Below are positions 60,991 through 64,000 of a stretch of DNA of 64,000 bases, in pieces; positions within the stretch are counted from its first letter, which is position 1, and the number at the start of each line of letters is the position of its first letter. The notes beneath the pieces are model-generated. The model did not search any database and was not told the origin of the DNA. It saw only the letters and a list, made by a program, of their open reading frames with translations. Location: NCBI GenBank assembly GCA_013265495.1, contig MU058384.1, positions 867,622 through 931,621 on the forward strand, in the 5' to 3' direction. The position numbers and the translations under genes were made by a program. The DNA is from Vicugna vicugna. Taxonomy: Eukaryota.

Positions 60991-63900
60991 TATTTGCTTC
61001 TAAATTAATGATATATGTTGAGACAAAAGTATCAAAATACCAAAAATATTGGTATTTTCTGGTCTAAATGATGTAGTTTAGTATCTAGATTCTCTATTTT
61101 TCAAGTACAGACTTCTGTTTAATTTGACAGTCTTTGAAGAAGGGTTACTAAAACAGCAATTAGAATGATTAGTTTCATCAGTATTGTAAGAACATGCTTA
61201 ATTTGATTTGATTTAATTTCAGCATGACTTTGAATGTTTAATCTAAAAGAACTTTTAAAGATAAACTGAAAGTGTATTAGTTGTATCTTAAAATCAAAAT
61301 ACTAAACTTGGAACATGTTACTAACTTATTCAGTTTGTTTTTTGTCTTTTTTTCCAAAAAATGAGAAGTCCTATTGTAATGGCAAGCCATCTCCACTCAC
61401 AGAAAATCATTGTATAATATGCAATGTGACTTTTTAACTTATCATAATTCCAGAAAATAAAGCATTTATACTTGTGAGCCATTAATATGTCTTAAAGGAA
61501 AAAAAATAGTATCTATAATTTGGGAACTACATGCAAATGAATTATTAATGGAGATGGTTAAATATAAAGATCTTACCCAGGCTTTCTTTTGTCATAAGTC
61601 ACAGGACATCAAAGCTGTTAAGCAAAAATTTCATATTTGACATTTTGATTAACACTTTGATTAACACCATTATGTATGATTCAATATTGAGTGATAGAGG
61701 TTATTGAGGTCTCACAAAAATGTTTTTGCTTAATTATATTAAAGGGATAAACTGTACCAATAAAGAGCTCAAGACTTAAACAGCTCTATGATGCAATTTC
61801 ATGTACTGGAAGTCATTAACTTTGTTCTAGTCAGGGCAGAAGCCAGGTTAATTGTGTGTAATTTTGCATTTAGGGTTCCATTGTCCCTTTTGTATCCTCT
61901 ACTGCCCTACCAAGATCACCAGAGCAGCCACCCTACCACTTTCTTTTTACTCTGTTTCCACTAAAAATCTGAGAATATTTTCCCTCCTCTGTGGTTCGCT
62001 GCCATCTTATGCTCCACGAGTGCTCGATTAGGATTTGTTCAGTGTGAAAGGAAATATGAAAAGGGATGATGGTGCGATTACTTCTATATCTCAACACTTC
62101 TTCTGCACCTGACTTATATCCTACTGCATTATCAGTAACTAGTCTTCAATCAGAATGACGTGGGGAAACGCGAACCTGATAAAAGTGGAACAGCTGCTGT
62201 TAATGTAGGTAAGAGGTCTCAGGCCAGCAGCTGCGCTGTCCCTTGCCCACATTGTTGTCCCTCTGCTATCTCAAAAGCTCTGCTGAACATGGCTTGAAAA
62301 TCACTCAGCCATTAAATCTCAAAAATAATGCACAATTAGAAGTCAATTTTAAGTGCCTTGCTCTCAAGCCACAAAAGGATAATGAATAGTGACCTAGAGA
62401 AATCACTCCTGTTTGTTGACAGCTATATGTTGAAGGGTAGAACAGGCAGACCCACGGGAGCAACTTTGAGGATCTCCTTCTAAATGACTGTCTGGGAAAT
62501 GCCTGTTTAACCTCCTTTCACTTATGGCTGTGTTCTTGCTGAATGAAAAAAGAAAAAAAATGAGGTGCTTTGGATGACCTTCCCAGTTCTTAGTTATATG
62601 TTCCCCAGTCCATGCAGTGTCATACTCCACTGCACCAGGAGAGAGCACAGGATTTCCTTTTATCAACTTCATCCAGATAAGATCTTTTATTTCCTCTCTC
62701 AGCCTCAAGAAGAGCACAGCCTTGTCGATGACTCAGTGGTCAATCAGCTCTAACGTGTAAATGCTAGCATGTCTCCTAACCTCGCCCTTCCCAGTACTGC
62801 CTTCCATTCCAAATATAGACAAGAATAACATAAAAATAAGTTCTCTTTTATAGTGAAAGGGTTGGCAATTGTCTGGATAGCTCACCTAGGATTATAAGTG
62901 AATTAAGAAGGTAGTTAATCTTGTGCACTGATTTGTATTTTTGATAAGACAGCCTTGGCTATTACTTCTTTCTGACTTGTCCAGATCTTCTCAGTTCAAT
63001 GGCATTTTTCACTAATTACAGTTTACAGCAGGCCTCAGATTCCCAAACCAGTTCTGTGTACAGCATAGCCTGACAAGAAAAGAAAAAAATAACAACTCCG
63101 TGTAGTTATAACTTGGGTTGTTCCTGGACTTATCAAAGGAGCAGTATCTCTGACTTCTTTCATCCCTTTACAAACGTCAAACATGTAATCAACTCAACAC
63201 TGAGATATTGATTTAGGGGCAGAGCAACTTCATTTCAGGAGAAATCAAAAGATTGAAAACACAGATATACTTTCTTGTCCTACAGGCTGCTGTTACATTG
63301 AGGAAGAATGCAGAATAAAGCTATTACCAAGAGAGCTAGCTAAAACAATACCATCCTATTTGTTTCTTTAAATAAAATCCATTCAACATCAAGAAACATT
63401 TTCTAGTCCGGAAAATTCTGAAGGCTACATTTAGAATTTGGACATCTCGTCAGTGTTTCATTTTAAAATCATACTTACTGTTTGGAAAGATGGACAACAG
63501 TTTTTCCAGAGAAAAAAATGCCATGTATCTGATAAAAATAAGTCAACCTTTCCATTTTTGCTTTACTTAAAGTTTATGTAGTGTAGTCCTCTCAAATGTA
63601 CAGATAGAATAAAATTCAATGGCTTTGGTTTTGGCCCCAGAGTAGAAAGAAGATATCTAAAGACAATGGTGAATAATAGACTGAGGCTCATATAGATTGA
63701 CAATGTGAGCATGCCATGAACATCCAACACCAAGGGTGTAGCAATTAGACACCATAAAATAAACTTATGTTCTATCCTAACCCAATAATAAAACAGTGAA
63801 ATAATTGGCTTCACCAATTTATTTATGTATATTTCAGTGCATTCCATATATTATCTCTCCATGACAATCCAATAATACGAAAATATTGCCAATATAGGTT

Positions 63901-64000
63901 AGCAGTATTGTGTTCTATTAAAACAGCAGATATCCAAGCCTGTAACATAATAATTCATGTAATAGAAAATATGTTTACCCATAGACTGCAGCATATTCAT

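Noticed and set aside
63563..63847. 94-aa hydrophobic ORF resembling a membrane protein
   Set aside because: Composition is what T-rich DNA gives by chance; no recognisable family and no phase-compatible neighbouring exon

Overview
AT-rich, CpG-poor mammalian genomic DNA with no recognisable protein-coding gene, RNA gene, CpG island or prokaryotic feature. A large part of the window is decayed transposable elements: L1 (old L1M types and younger artiodactyl-type 3' ends), L2, MIR, MaLR/ERVL LTRs (MLT1, MLT2), a younger ERV1-type solo LTR, Tigger/MER2/MER63 DNA transposons, plus microsatellites. Artiodactyl-type L1 tails with no recognisable ruminant, pig or whale SINEs suggest a camelid genome (inference). 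The supplied ORFs are L1 debris, repeat translations or chance ORFs. The best-supported curiosities are structural: a twin-primed, 5'-inverted L1; an L1 ending at an internal A-tract; a solo LTR nested in an older LTR with a 4-bp target-site duplication; a microhomology-joined deletion; and a template-switch-like hairpin. More speculative are several enhancer-like motif clusters and a set of minus-strand exon-like segments (possible lncRNA). I found no convincing new biological system. Repeat family names come from my recall of consensus sequences, boundaries are approximate, and both need RepeatMasker/Dfam confirmation.
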